Assembly (NCBI GenBank): GCA_038533995.1
Contig: JBCAXP010000001.1
Location: 1 to 52,865 of the forward strand
DNA length: 52,865 nt
From: Pseudomonadota bacterium
GTDB taxonomy: Bacteria; Pseudomonadota; Gammaproteobacteria; Steroidobacterales; JBCAXP01
Direction of reading: 5' to 3'
Program-made: the position numbers and the translations under genes
Notes under the pieces: model-generated
What the model was told of the DNA's origin: nothing
What the model saw: the letters and a program-made list of their open reading frames with translations, nothing else
Database searches by the model: none
In this document: piece after piece, positions 43,990 through 52,865 of the stretch
How the letters are laid out: every line of letters starts with the position of its first letter
How positions within the stretch are numbered: position 1 is the first letter of the stretch

Positions 43990-45365
43990 TCGTCGCCCGG
44001 GAATAGGTCCGGGCGAAGCGCCTGGAGACTGGTTCTCAGGCGCGAGCCGTAGTCGTCCGGAAACGTCCACGTCGGGTATTCCTCGGACCAGACCAGCCCG
44101 CGCTCGGCCGGCGGCAGGTCATAGAGCAGCGTCATGAGAATGTCGCTGCTCACCCACGGGCTGCCTCGAAAGTAGGCGTGCCCTTTGCCCGCCTGGCTGT
44201 CTTCGGCATCAGAGACGTCGATGATGCGCAACGGTTCGGTATTGGAGAGAAACTCACGGCTGGACGGCCCTAGCTGGTCCAGCCTGTCCATTTGCCCGCT
44301 ACGGTCGCGGCGGAGAAGGAACCGGGAGGCACCCAGCGCCTTGTCGCCGGATGACGCGTAGATCGTCAGCGAGTCCGGCACTCGCAGCGCGCCGTCCAGC
44401 AGGTAGCCGCCAAGAACGTCGCGATCGATGTCGCTGCCTGCCAGGATGACGTGGCCGATATTCAGCCATTCTTCGGCTTCTTTCTCGGTGCCCTCCCTGG
44501 CCATGAGCCCCAGGTCGGCCAGCATGCGGCCCACGGCGCGGGTGCCCGCGCTGAAACCGATGATGTGAATGCGCTCGGCCCGGCTTTCCTCCGCGATGAA
44601 CACCACCAGCTCGCGCAGCGCCCGGGCGGAGGCAATGGCCGTCTCGATGTCGGCGAGGTACGCAAGCCGCTTGGGCGTGGTCGGCCAGCTGAAGGCGACG
44701 AAGGCGCCGTTGTAGCCGAGAAAGTGCCACAGCTCCGAAGCGACGAGCAGCGGGTTTTCGAAGTCGACCTTGTAACCGTGCACGTAAATGTACACATCCT
44801 CGCTAGCCGAGTTCGCAAGGCGCTCGTCGATTTCCGCGATGAATTGCCGGCCGGGCTCGTCGCTGCGTTCGATGCCTTCGTCGAATGGCCGCACCGTTGA
44901 CGCAAGCGGGCCAAACTCCTCCACGCCGGCGACCTCGAGGGGGTAGTCATCGGTGCGGTTTTTCAAAAGCGATATGCGGCGCGCCTCCTCCCAGGTAATC
45001 GTGGAGTCGTAGCCAAACTGGATGTTGGCGCTGCCGAGCCGCAGCACGTGGCCGCGCTGGTTGGTGTAGTGCTCGTAGCGTTTGTCGTCTGCTACTGCCG
45101 GCGCGCGGTCGGTCGCGTACAGCATGTCGGGCTGCGCGCCTTCCTTCACGGTGTCGTCATCGACGAAGGGGTCGATGTTGCCGTCGTCGTATACGTCGGG
45201 TGCCGGCATCAGGTTAAGCTGGTACGGTCCGTTGCCGGACGCGCACGCCGCTATGCACAGCGCTGCGGCAAAAACGAGTAGCGGACGCACCGCAGGCGCA
45301 GTGCGCGTACCGGCCAAGTCTCTCGGGTACACTTTCGCGTCGTCGTATTTCTTGTCGTCTAACAT
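43986..45365 (-). CDS. Alpha/beta hydrolase, DUF900 family, lipoprotein
   Basis: The lipobox is ALCIAAC. It also has VYIYVHGYKVDFENP...FSWPT and the nucleophile-elbow-like IHIIGFSAGTR. Confidence 0.75.
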   Translation of the reverse strand: MLDDKKYDDAKVYPRDLAGTRTAPAVRPLLVFAAALCIAACASGNGPYQLNLMPAPDVYDDGNIDPFVDDDTVKEGAQPDMLYATDRAPAVADDKRYEHYTNQRGHVLRLGSANIQFGYDSTITWEEARRISLLKNRTDDYPLEVAGVEEFGPLASTVRPFDEGIERSDEPGRQFIAEIDERLANSASEDVYIYVHGYKVDFENPLLVASELWHFLGYNGAFVAFSWPTTPKRLAYLADIETAIASARALRELVVFIAEESRAERIHIIGFSAGTRAVGRMLADLGLMAREGTEKEAEEWLNIGHVILAGSDIDRDVLGGYLLDGALRVPDSLTIYASSGDKALGASRFLLRRDRSGQMDRLDQLGPSSREFLSNTEPLRIIDVSDAEDSQAGKGHAYFRGSPWVSSDILMTLLYDLPPAERGLVWSEEYPTWTFPDDYGSRLRTSLQALRPDLFPGDD

Positions 45366-45427
45366 CGCACCCCGCGCGCCTCGATGGCGTAGTGTAGCTC
45401 AAGCGGCGGTTCGGTCAGGATCCACGA

Positions 45428-46315
45428 ATGGATTTCACCCTCTACTGGTTCATGTTTCCAGTGTCGATCTGCGTGGCAACGTGCGCCATGCTCAGCGGCA
45501 TCGGCGGCGCCGCATTGTTCACGCCCATTTTTATCCTCGTGTTACCGCTGCTCGGGCCGGAGTACCCGCTGCAAAGCACGGTGGCCGCGATCGGCACCGC
45601 GCTGCTTACGGAAACGTTTGGTTTCACCTCGGGCTTCGTGGGTTACTACCGCAAGCGGCTGATCGACGGCGCCATCGTTCGGCGTTTTCTGTGGATCTCC
45701 GTGCCGATCGCGGTCGCGGGTGCATTCCTGGCGCACTTTGTGGCAGACGGCGTGCTGATTGCGGGCTACGCCGCGCTGGTGCTCGCGCTCGCGTACATCC
45801 ACGTGTTCGTACCGCACGACCAGCCTGGGCCAGAAGTCACTGCTGACCCGTCGGATCCGGACCAGCGGCTCCTCATCGACAGCAGCGGGCGGGAGTACGT
45901 GTATCGCGTGCCGACCCTGGGGCCACGCGGCATCGTGTACACCGGTGTGGGTTCCTTCCTCACCGGCATGCTGTCGGTGGGCATCGGCGAGGTCATCGTG
46001 CCGCAGCTCACCAAGCGCGGGGTGCCGATGCCGGTCGCCGTCGCGGCGTCGGTCGCCATTGTGATCGTCACGGTGGCTTGCGCGTCCTTTACGCTCATTG
46101 TCCAACTCATCAACGCCGGTGGCTGGCAGGCAGTGCCGTGGAACCTCGTGGTCTACTCCATTCCGGGCGTCATTATCGGCGGGCAGATCGGGCCGCGGCT
46201 GCAGGGCCGTGTGTCTCATCGCACTATGGAGCATGCCATTGGCGCGTTGTTCTTCGTCATTGCCGGCGCGATGCTGCTCGTTGCGCTGCGAAAGCTCGGA
46301 GTCGCTGCGCTTTAG
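45428..46315 (+). CDS. TauE/SafE-family (sulfite/organosulfonate exporter-like) membrane protein
   Basis: It is polytopic. The N-terminus reads [23 protein letters not shown] and a second half-repeat reads [17 protein letters not shown]. Confidence 0.8.
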   Translation: MDFTLYWFMFPVSICVATCAMLSGIGGAALFTPIFILVLPLLGPEYPLQSTVAAIGTALLTETFGFTSGFVGYYRKRLIDGAIVRRFLWISVPIAVAGAFLAHFVADGVLIAGYAALVLALAYIHVFVPHDQPGPEVTADPSDPDQRLLIDSSGREYVYRVPTLGPRGIVYTGVGSFLTGMLSVGIGEVIVPQLTKRGVPMPVAVAASVAIVIVTVACASFTLIVQLINAGGWQAVPWNLVVYSIPGVIIGGQIGPRLQGRVSHRTMEHAIGALFFVIAGAMLLVALRKLGVAAL

Positions 46316-47151
46316 CCGGGTGACTGGAAGAAGAGCGCCTTCATGATTGCCAGGTCTGCGAAGTTCACCACGCCGTCACCATTGAGGTCAGCGTCCTGAT
46401 CGTCGGTGAAGAACACCGCCTTTAGCAGTGCCAGGTCGAGGAAGTTGACCGCGTCATCATTGTTGAGATCCGGGTCGCACGCATTGCCGTGGCCGTCACC
46501 GTCGGTGTCGCGCTGGTCCGCGTTGGCGATTGTGAGGCAGTTGTCGTCGCCGTCTGGCACGCCGTCCGCGTCGCTGTCTGCGAGAGCGACGTCGCCATCA
46601 CGCACTACCCAGCCGTAACGCATTCCGTTACGCGGGCTCCATACGCCGAAGCCGATGTCGAAGTGATACATCCATGCGTTGGACGTGCCGCTTTGGGTGC
46701 CGGACCAGTAGAGCGGCTGAATGTTCTCGAGGGTGACGCCGCCAATCGTCCGCGTGCCCGTCAGGTCCTGCCCGGTCGTTCCGCCGAGGTTATGGAAGAA
46801 CATGTAGCCTAGCTCGTTATCCGCGCAAAGCGGTTGCCAGATCGTGCTGCAGTCAACGATGTCCGACGACTGGCCAACCGGTAGGCCGCCTGACGTGGAC
46901 ATGGAGGCCAGTCGCCAGTCAGTGAAGCCGAGATGCGCGGCCTGGTTCAGTGTGACCACCCAGGCAAGCTGGTCGTCCCAGCTTCCAGCACCGCTGGCGC
47001 TCGCGTCCGTCAGCCAGGTAATGTCCAGCGCATCGTCGTAGGCAGCAGTGCCGCCCAGGCGTGAATGTAGTTCAGCGGGTGCGTAGCTTGGCAGCGTTGC
47101 CAGCAATACGAGAGCAAGGGTAGTCGACGCGGCGGTCTTCGAGGGAAGCAT
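46312..47151 (-). CDS. Secreted DUF1566-like protein with thrombospondin type-3 Ca-binding repeats and two dockerin-like EF-hand segments
   Basis: The start is ATG at 47151, with a signal peptide (...LPSYA/PAE). The DUF1566-like region has TDWRLAS and LYWSGT. The TSP3 repeats read [14 protein letters not shown]...[17 protein letters not shown]. The dockerin-like segments are [21 protein letters not shown] and [21 protein letters not shown]. Confidence 0.7.
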   Translation of the reverse strand: MLPSKTAASTTLALVLLATLPSYAPAELHSRLGGTAAYDDALDITWLTDASASGAGSWDDQLAWVVTLNQAAHLGFTDWRLASMSTSGGLPVGQSSDIVDCSTIWQPLCADNELGYMFFHNLGGTTGQDLTGTRTIGGVTLENIQPLYWSGTQSGTSNAWMYHFDIGFGVWSPRNGMRYGWVVRDGDVALADSDADGVPDGDDNCLTIANADQRDTDGDGHGNACDPDLNNDDAVNFLDLALLKAVFFTDDQDADLNGDGVVNFADLAIMKALFFQSPG

Positions 47152-47249
47152 GCTTGGTCTCCGGCGGCGCTGGCAAGGGCGTGCGCAAGCTGGCAGCATA
47201 CCATTCGGTTTACGCCACCGGCGTTGCTAACTAAAGGGGATATCAGCCG

Positions 47250-48599
47250 ATGAAAACTGCCATGCTGTCCGCCTTGTTCGTCACTGCGTCACTTGGCGTT
47301 GCCGGCTGCACCGCAAAAAAGGAATCGAACGCAATGGAAGAAACCGGTCGCAAAACCGACCTCGTCTGGGCGGTAAACGTCGGGGGTGAGGCCTACGACG
47401 CACTGGACGGCACACGCTTTGAGGCGGAGAACGACGTGTCCGGCGGTGAAGTCGCTGGCCTGGACATTGTTAAGGGCACGCAGGACCCGACGCTGTACCG
47501 CACCTACCGCGCTGGCGACGTTCGCATCGAGCATGCCCTGGCGAACGGCATCTACGACGTTACCTTTCACTTTGCCGAACCCGACGAGGGCTTCGGCGGC
47601 GAGCGTCGTTTCGACGCGTTTATCGGTGACAACAAGGTTATCGATAACCTGAACGTGATGGGCTCGCGCGACGGCAAGGCGCATTCCGCGCTCACGATAA
47701 CCATTCCCAACGTAGAAATTTCCGACGGCGCGCTGTCCGTTTCTTTTGCTACGCGCGTCGGCGACCCGGTGATCAGCGCCCTGACGGTGCGCAGCAAACA
47801 GCGCCCGGCGCCAGCCTGGCGCATGGTCTGGAACGATGAGTTCGACAAGCCCGCGCTTGACGCGACCCGGTGGAACATCAACGTGTGGCCGCCGCGCAAG
47901 GTCAACGACGAAGACCAGGCGTACACAGACCGGGAAAGAAACCTGCGCATCGAGGATAACCACCTCATCATCGAAGCCCACAAGGAAGACTACGAGGGTG
48001 CAAAGTACACCTCGGGACGCGTGCACTCCGACGGCAAGGGCGATTTTCTCTACGGCCGTGTCGAGGTGCGCGCGAGGCTGCCCCGCGGCATGGGCTCCTG
48101 GCCGGCGATCTGGATGCTGCCTAGCGACCCGTTTCGCTACGCGACAACCTGCGGTCCGGGTGAAGACTGGCAGGGCAGTTCAACCTGCGATGCGTGGCCG
48201 AACTCCGGCGAAATCGACATCATGGAGCACGTGGGCTACGAGATGGGTCACGTGCACGGCACTGTGCACAACGAGGCCTACTACTGGATGAAGTGGGAGC
48301 AGCGCAAGGGGCGAATTCTGCTGGATGACGTCGACAAGAAGTTTCACGTCTACGCGATCGAGTGGAGCCCCGAGCGCATCGATGCCTTTGTCGATGACGT
48401 TCATTACTTCACCTACATCAACGAGAACACCGGCTGGCGCGCCTGGCCCTTCGACCAGCCGTTTCATCTCATCATGAACGTGGCGGTTGGCGGTCAGTGG
48501 GGCCGGGCTGGCGGCGGCATCGACGACAGCATTTTTCCGCTTCGCATGGAGGTGGACTACGTCAGGGTTTACGAGGACCCGGGCTCAAGCGAAAACTAG
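47250..48599 (+). CDS. Lipoprotein: malectin-like carbohydrate-binding domain + GH16 beta-glucanase (laminarinase-type)
   Basis: The lipobox is LGVAGC. The malectin-like start reads VWAVNVGGEAYDALDGTRFEAE. The GH16 region reads WNDEFD...YTSGRV...GSWPAIWMLP...GEIDIMEHVG, which carries the catalytic ExDxxE. Confidence 0.85.
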   Translation: MKTAMLSALFVTASLGVAGCTAKKESNAMEETGRKTDLVWAVNVGGEAYDALDGTRFEAENDVSGGEVAGLDIVKGTQDPTLYRTYRAGDVRIEHALANGIYDVTFHFAEPDEGFGGERRFDAFIGDNKVIDNLNVMGSRDGKAHSALTITIPNVEISDGALSVSFATRVGDPVISALTVRSKQRPAPAWRMVWNDEFDKPALDATRWNINVWPPRKVNDEDQAYTDRERNLRIEDNHLIIEAHKEDYEGAKYTSGRVHSDGKGDFLYGRVEVRARLPRGMGSWPAIWMLPSDPFRYATTCGPGEDWQGSSTCDAWPNSGEIDIMEHVGYEMGHVHGTVHNEAYYWMKWEQRKGRILLDDVDKKFHVYAIEWSPERIDAFVDDVHYFTYINENTGWRAWPFDQPFHLIMNVAVGGQWGRAGGGIDDSIFPLRMEVDYVRVYEDPGSSEN

Positions 48600-49450
48600 A
48601 AGTCGCCGAGCAGCGACTGTTGCTGCGGCACCGGCCACTCTGGCAGCGGCGGCAGCGCTTCGGCCGGCAGGCGCTGCCGTAACACGCGATCGAACTGCCG
48701 CGCGAGCGGCGGGCAGTGCAAATTGTTCGGGCAGTGAATCATCATGTATACGGTTTCGCCCGCGCTCAGTTTGTCCGCGGTGCGCTGCGCCCACTCGTCG
48801 ATGTATGGCGTGTTGGACGTAAGATCCGGGTGCAAAATCAGCCGCACCATCGTTGTCCCGTTGGGCGTCTGGTCGACGACCGGTACGTCAGGCTTTTCAT
48901 GCCGCGCGGCCAGCACCTCACGATGGTCCAGGTTACCCCTGAACAACGGCCGCGAATCGAACACCACGCGATCCGCGTCGTAGTCGGCCAATACCGGATC
49001 GAGCACTTCAGGCGTGTCGAAAAACGCCGCGTGTCTGACCTCGATCACAAACCGATGCATGTCGCGCAGGGCGTCGAGCACGGGTGAAAAACGCGCGAGT
49101 TGTGCAGGCGAAACGGTAGCGGGAAACTGCACGAGCATCGGTCCGAGGTTGGCTTTGAGCGGAGCAATGGCGGTCAGGAAGCGGCGCAGCACGTCGAGAT
49201 TCGGGTGCCCGTCATGGGTTACTTCGCGGGGCAGCTTGAAACAGAAGCGAAACGCGGTGCCCTCAACGGCGCGGCACCAGCGGTCGACGCTCGTGTCATC
49301 GGGCACGCGGTAAAACGTGGTGTTGCCCTCCACCGTGTTGAACACGCGGGCGTAGCTCGCCAGCCGGCTTGGCCGGTCCACGAAGTAGCGGTCTTTCCAG
49401 CCGGGAAATGCCCATGCCGGCAAGCCCAGCAAAAGCCGGCCCTGCGTCAC
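48596..49450 (-). CDS. DUF72 (YecE-like) family protein
   Basis: LLLGLPAWAFPGWK...YARVFNTVEGNTTFYRVP...FRFCFKLPREVTH resembles E. coli YecE. The preferred start is GTG at 49450, a GTGA overlap with the SDR stop. The track start is 49462. Confidence 0.8.
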   Translation of the reverse strand: MTQGRLLLGLPAWAFPGWKDRYFVDRPSRLASYARVFNTVEGNTTFYRVPDDTSVDRWCRAVEGTAFRFCFKLPREVTHDGHPNLDVLRRFLTAIAPLKANLGPMLVQFPATVSPAQLARFSPVLDALRDMHRFVIEVRHAAFFDTPEVLDPVLADYDADRVVFDSRPLFRGNLDHREVLAARHEKPDVPVVDQTPNGTTMVRLILHPDLTSNTPYIDEWAQRTADKLSAGETVYMMIHCPNNLHCPPLARQFDRVLRQRLPAEALPPLPEWPVPQQQSLLGDF

Positions 49451-50139
49451 CAGCCGATGCACTTACGGCTGCGGAAAAAGCCGCCGGTGGGCCCGTCGTC
49501 GCCGAGCGTCGCGAGCCACACCGGGGTATCGGCGCCCTGCTCCGGCGAACTGGTCGCATCCTCGCCGCCCATGCGTGTTCGCACCCAACCCGGGCACACC
49601 GCGTTGACCTTTACGGCCGGGCCGAGCGTCCCGGCGGCGCTGACCGTCACCGCGTTGAGCGCGGCCTTGCTCACCGAGTAGGCAATCGGGCCCTCCAGGC
49701 CTTCGGCGAACGAACCCCAGCCCGAGCTCAGGTTCACGATGCGTCCCCAGCTGCGCTCTTGCATGGCTTTGCCAAACACGCGGATGAGCGCAAGCGGTGA
49801 CAGGGTGTTCACGGTCATCGAGTCGACGATGTCCTCAAATGTTGCGGTTAGCAGGTCGCCGGAGTGCAGCACGGCGGCATTGTTAACGAGAATATCGACA
49901 GGGCCGTGGGCCGCAAGAATTTCGCCGGCGGCGGCCTGCGCGACTTGCGGATCTGACAGCGCCAGCTCCGCGCCGGTGACGTTTTCGCCGAGCGCGTCGG
50001 CGGTTGCTTGGGCGTCATCCGCGCTTCGAGCGGCTGCGATTACTCGCATGCCGGGCACAGCGGCCAGCCCGCGAGCAATCTCAAGGCCGATACCGCGGTT
50101 GGCGCCTGTCACCAGGGCGGCTCTGGGCGTAGCGGTCAT
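49447..50139 (-). CDS. Short-chain dehydrogenase/reductase (SDR)
   Basis: ALVTGANRGIGLEIARGLA...NNAAV...YSVSKAAL. Confidence 0.88.
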   Translation of the reverse strand: MTATPRAALVTGANRGIGLEIARGLAAVPGMRVIAAARSADDAQATADALGENVTGAELALSDPQVAQAAAGEILAAHGPVDILVNNAAVLHSGDLLTATFEDIVDSMTVNTLSPLALIRVFGKAMQERSWGRIVNLSSGWGSFAEGLEGPIAYSVSKAALNAVTVSAAGTLGPAVKVNAVCPGWVRTRMGGEDATSSPEQGADTPVWLATLGDDGPTGGFFRSRKCIGW

Positions 50140-50177
50140 GGCGCTGCCTCCTTGTCGATGTGTTGAGCGCTTTTCGT

Positions 50178-50211
50178 CGGCGCCGCCCGTAACTATAAGC
50201 GGGCGGCGCCG
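50178..50211. terminator. Perfect 12-bp GC stem / 10-nt loop hairpin downstream of the CMD gene
   Basis: CGGCGCCGCCCG-taactataag-CGGGCGGCGCCG lies between the CMD stop (50238) and the SDR start (50139). There is no clear U-tract on the minus strand. Confidence 0.4.
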
Positions 50212-50237
50212 TTGACCCGACGCTGCGCAGACGGTAC

Positions 50238-50795
50238 CTAAGCCGCCTGAGGCGCCCAGTCGAACTGGCGAAACGGTGCGTCCACCGGGGTTTGCGCCAG
50301 GTGATTGGTGTAGTTTGACATGACCTTTTGAGCCACGCCCAGCACGACCTCGAGAATCTGCCGGCGAGTGAAGCCTGCGTCGAGGAAGGCCTGAACCGCC
50401 TGGTCATCCACGTTGCCGCGGTTGCGCACCACGGTCAGCGTGAACGTGCGCAGCGCTTCAAGGCGTGCGTTGGGAAGCGGCGCCTGGTCGCGAAGCGCAT
50501 TTGAAACCTCGTCAGCGACGCCCATGCTCTTCGCAATGGCCGTATGAGCGGGCACGCAGTAGTGGCAGGCGTGCTCGACGTTGATCGACTGCCACACCAC
50601 GGTGAGCTCGTCGTTGTCGAAGCTCGAATTGGCAAAGAGCTCATGCAGCTGTTTGTAGCCGTCGAGCAGGCCCGGCGCCTCAGCCATCACCGCGTGCAGG
50701 CCCGGCACCATCCCGTAAGCCTTTCGGGAATCAGCCAGCAGGGCTTTGCTTTCTTCAGGGGCGGTGTCTTCGGTGTGGATCGTGAAGTCGGTCAT
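50238..50795 (-). CDS. Carboxymuconolactone decarboxylase-family (AhpD-like) protein
   Basis: NVEHACHYCVPAHTAIAK carries the CxxC...H AhpD-type motif. Confidence 0.85.
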   Translation of the reverse strand: MTDFTIHTEDTAPEESKALLADSRKAYGMVPGLHAVMAEAPGLLDGYKQLHELFANSSFDNDELTVVWQSINVEHACHYCVPAHTAIAKSMGVADEVSNALRDQAPLPNARLEALRTFTLTVVRNRGNVDDQAVQAFLDAGFTRRQILEVVLGVAQKVMSNYTNHLAQTPVDAPFRQFDWAPQAA

Positions 50796-50818
50796 GGTGG
50801 TCTCCTGTGAGGGGTTAA

Positions 50819-50944
50819 TGTTTGTACCGATTGGTTTAGACTATCCTGATTTGTACCAATCAGTCAAGAAAATAATCCCAGCGACGCAGGATCGCCCTAT
50901 TTTCCTGAGATAGTTTGTATCGATTGGTTTAAATTGGTATACAA
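50819..50944. promoter_or_regulatory. Repeated TTTGTA(C/T)CGATTGGTTTA boxes in the CMD-TetR divergent intergenic region (candidate TetR operators)
   Basis: TGTTTGTACCGATTGGTTTA is at 50819-50838 and AGTTTGTATCGATTGGTTTA at 50912-50931, identical at 18/20 positions. A related GATTTGTACCAATCAGTC lies at 50848-50865. An inverted TTGTAT...ATACAA abuts the tetR start. Confidence 0.45.
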
Positions 50945-51567
50945 TGACGGTAACGAGTAACCGAGTGATAGCCATGCCCTGGGAAAAATCCTTCAACGAA
51001 GACGATGCGCTGGAAAAGGCGATGCGCGTGTTCTGGCAAAAGGGCTACGACAGCGCCTCCATCGCCGACCTGATCAACGGCACCGGCATCAACCGCGGCA
51101 GCCTGTACAACGCCTTTGGCGGCAAGGAGCGGCTGTTCATCCGAGCGCTCAAGCGCTACGACCAGGATCGCAAGGAGATGCTTGCGGAACTGGAGGCACT
51201 GGATGACCCGCGCCGGGCCATTGAGGGGTTTTTCGAGCACCTTGTGTCCACCACGCTGGCCGACGAGGAGCACAAGGGCTGCTTCCTGTTCAACACGGCC
51301 GTGGATATCTCGTCGCATGGCGAGAAAGTGCAGGGCATCGTGAAAAACGGCGTGGCGGAGATCGAGGGTTTCTTCCGCCGCTGCATCGAAGTGGGGCAGG
51401 CGCGCGGCGCGATGCCAGCGGCCCTGGACGCGCGGGACACTGCCAAGGCCCTGCTTGGGCTGACCATTGGCATTCGCGTGCTCGGGCGCGGGGTGTACCC
51501 GGAGGACGCGCTCAGAGCCCTGGCCACGCAGGCAACGCAGCTGGTGGAAGGTCAGCCGGAGCGCTGA
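50944..51567 (+). CDS. TetR/AcrR-family transcriptional regulator
   Basis: The HTH reads ALEKAMRVFWQKGYDSASIADLINGTGINRGSLYNAFGGKERLF. The alternative start is ATG at 50974. Confidence 0.88.
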   Translation: MTVTSNRVIAMPWEKSFNEDDALEKAMRVFWQKGYDSASIADLINGTGINRGSLYNAFGGKERLFIRALKRYDQDRKEMLAELEALDDPRRAIEGFFEHLVSTTLADEEHKGCFLFNTAVDISSHGEKVQGIVKNGVAEIEGFFRRCIEVGQARGAMPAALDARDTAKALLGLTIGIRVLGRGVYPEDALRALATQATQLVEGQPER

Positions 51568-51714
51568 TCGGTACCCCGATGAAACGTTGAGACCGAAATA
51601 AAGCTAAGGTCGAAACGTCTATTTCAAACAAGAGCGGCTGAAGCCGCAATCAGGGCACATATTTTTTAAAAAACGCGCATACTTTCGGGTTCACCCACCC
51701 CGGAGGATACGCCA

Positions 51715-52794
51715 ATGCCCGACTTGTTCGACAACCCCATGGGTCTCGACGGCTTCGAGTTCGTCGAGTTCGCATCGCCAGAGCCGGGCGTGCTCGAGGC
51801 TGCCTTCGAACTGCTCGGATTCACCGAGGTCGCACAGCACCGGTCCAAGGACGTCACGCTGTGGCGCCAGGGCGACATCAACTTCGTTATCAACAACGAG
51901 AAGTTCAGCCACGCTTACTACTTCGCCCAGGAGCACGGCCCCAGCGCATGCGGCATGGCGTTCCGCGTTAAGAACGCACACCAGGCCTACGAGCGCGCCC
52001 TCGAGAAAGGCGCCCAGCCGGTCGAGATTCCCACCGGCCCGATGGAGCTGCGCCTGCCCGCGATCAAGGGCATCGGCGGCGCCACCGTGTACCTGATTGA
52101 CCGGTATCAGCCCGGTGCGTCCATCTACGACATCGACTTCGAATTTCTCGAGGGCGTTGATCGGCACCCCGAGGGCTGCGGCTTCGAAGTGATCGATCAC
52201 CTGACGCACAACGTGTACCGCGGCCGCATGCAGTACTGGGCCGACTACTACGAGACGCTGTTCAACTTCCGCGAGATCCGCTACTTCGACATCAAGGGCG
52301 AGTACACGGGTCTGCTGTCAAAAGCGATGACCGCGCCGGACGGCAAGATTCGCATTCCGCTCAACGAGGAGGCAGCCCAGGGCGGCGGCCAGATCGAGGA
52401 GTACCTCATGGAGTTCAACGGTGAGGGTATCCAGCACATCGCGTTTAGCTGCGATGACCTGCCGGCCTGCTTCGATCGGCTCAAGGCGCGCGGCATCGAG
52501 TTCATGACCGCGCCGCCAGGCGCCTACTACGAGATGCTGGAAGAGCGCCTGCCCGGGCACGGCGAGCCGGTAGACGAACTGCAGTCTCGCGGTATTCTGC
52601 TGGACGGCACAACCGACGGTGGTGAGCCGCGGCTGCTGTTGCAGATTTTCTCCGCCAACATGATTGGCCCGACCTTCTTCGAGTTCATCCAGCGCAAGGA
52701 AGACGAGGGCTTCGGCGAGGGCAACTTCAAGGCGCTGTTCGAGTCGATCGAACGCGACCAGGTCGCGCGCGGCGTTGTCGCCGCCGACGCGTGA
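51715..52794 (+). CDS. hppD: 4-hydroxyphenylpyruvate dioxygenase
   Basis: [62 protein letters not shown]...GIQHIAF...[26 protein letters not shown] closely matches Pseudomonas-type HppD. Confidence 0.93.
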   Translation: MPDLFDNPMGLDGFEFVEFASPEPGVLEAAFELLGFTEVAQHRSKDVTLWRQGDINFVINNEKFSHAYYFAQEHGPSACGMAFRVKNAHQAYERALEKGAQPVEIPTGPMELRLPAIKGIGGATVYLIDRYQPGASIYDIDFEFLEGVDRHPEGCGFEVIDHLTHNVYRGRMQYWADYYETLFNFREIRYFDIKGEYTGLLSKAMTAPDGKIRIPLNEEAAQGGGQIEEYLMEFNGEGIQHIAFSCDDLPACFDRLKARGIEFMTAPPGAYYEMLEERLPGHGEPVDELQSRGILLDGTTDGGEPRLLLQIFSANMIGPTFFEFIQRKEDEGFGEGNFKALFESIERDQVARGVVAADA

Positions 52795-52805
52795 ACGGAG
52801 GGCCT

Positions 52806-52865
52806 ATGAATATCAAGCGTATTCACCACGTGGCGTATCGCTGCCGCGACGCGAAGGAAACCGTG
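52806..52865 (+). CDS. Start of a VOC (glyoxalase/dioxygenase) family protein, truncated by the right window edge
   Basis: GGAGG lies upstream of the ATG at 52806. MNIKRIHHVAYRCRDAKETV is a typical VOC-family N-terminus. Only 20 codons are visible. Confidence 0.45.
   Translation, partial: MNIKRIHHVAYRCRDAKETV

Noticed and set aside
51568-51714. Small stem GCGGC-tgaa-GCCGC and repeated GAAACGT words between tetR and hppD
   Set aside because: The stem is only 5 bp and the T-run is 14 nt away. The repeats are short and could be chance.

Overview
GC-rich proteobacterial chromosome segment. The gene content looks gammaproteobacterial (Pseudomonas-like wbpB/D/E and hppD), but that is inference only. 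All family calls come from reading the translations, because no searches were possible.

(1) 1-27.1 kb: a large Wzx/Wzy-type surface-polysaccharide locus.
- It includes wbpE-wbpD-wbpB, three GT4 glycosyltransferases, wzi, a 901-aa OPX exporter and a WbpM/PglF-like dehydratase.
- It also includes Wzy-like, Wzx, Wzz and RfbA genes, a PglC-like initiating transferase, and a SAM methyltransferase.
- It carries a hexapeptide acetyltransferase separate from wbpD, and a FemAB-like acyl/aminoacyl transferase.
- It has four DegT-family aminotransferases including wbpE, and two sulfotransferases.
- Most of it is arranged in translationally coupled chains.

(2) 28.9-32.5 kb: an isolated LH2 antenna locus.
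- pucB and pucA are short ORFs (53 and 47 aa) missing from the ORF track.
- PpsR/CrtJ-type TGT-N12-ACA palindromes sit in front of pucB and again in front of pucC.
- A stem-loop follows pucA.
- An uncharacterised repeat protein lies between pucA and pucC, and a divergent def paralog follows pucC.

(3) 32.5-36 kb: an XRE regulator, a small lipoprotein, and a 718-aa secreted protein with a Tyr/Trp-rich block and 24-nt tandem repeats.

(4) 35.9-44 kb: a redox/sulfur module.
- One arm encodes a SARP/BTAD-AAA-TPR regulator, DUF4242 domains (three in total), OsmC and a flavin oxidoreductase.
- The divergent arm encodes a cysteine synthase-glutaredoxin fusion and an AhpD-like protein.
- Phased TTCCACG heptamer repeats lie in front of osmC, with a weaker set in front of cysK-grx.

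(5) 44-52.9 kb: DUF900 hydrolase, TauE/SafE, a DUF1566-TSP3-dockerin-like protein, malectin-GH16, DUF72, SDR, CMD, TetR, hppD, and the start of a VOC protein.

No rRNA, tRNA, CRISPR array, transposase or integrase was recognised. Many long track ORFs are opposite-strand shadows typical of GC-rich DNA.
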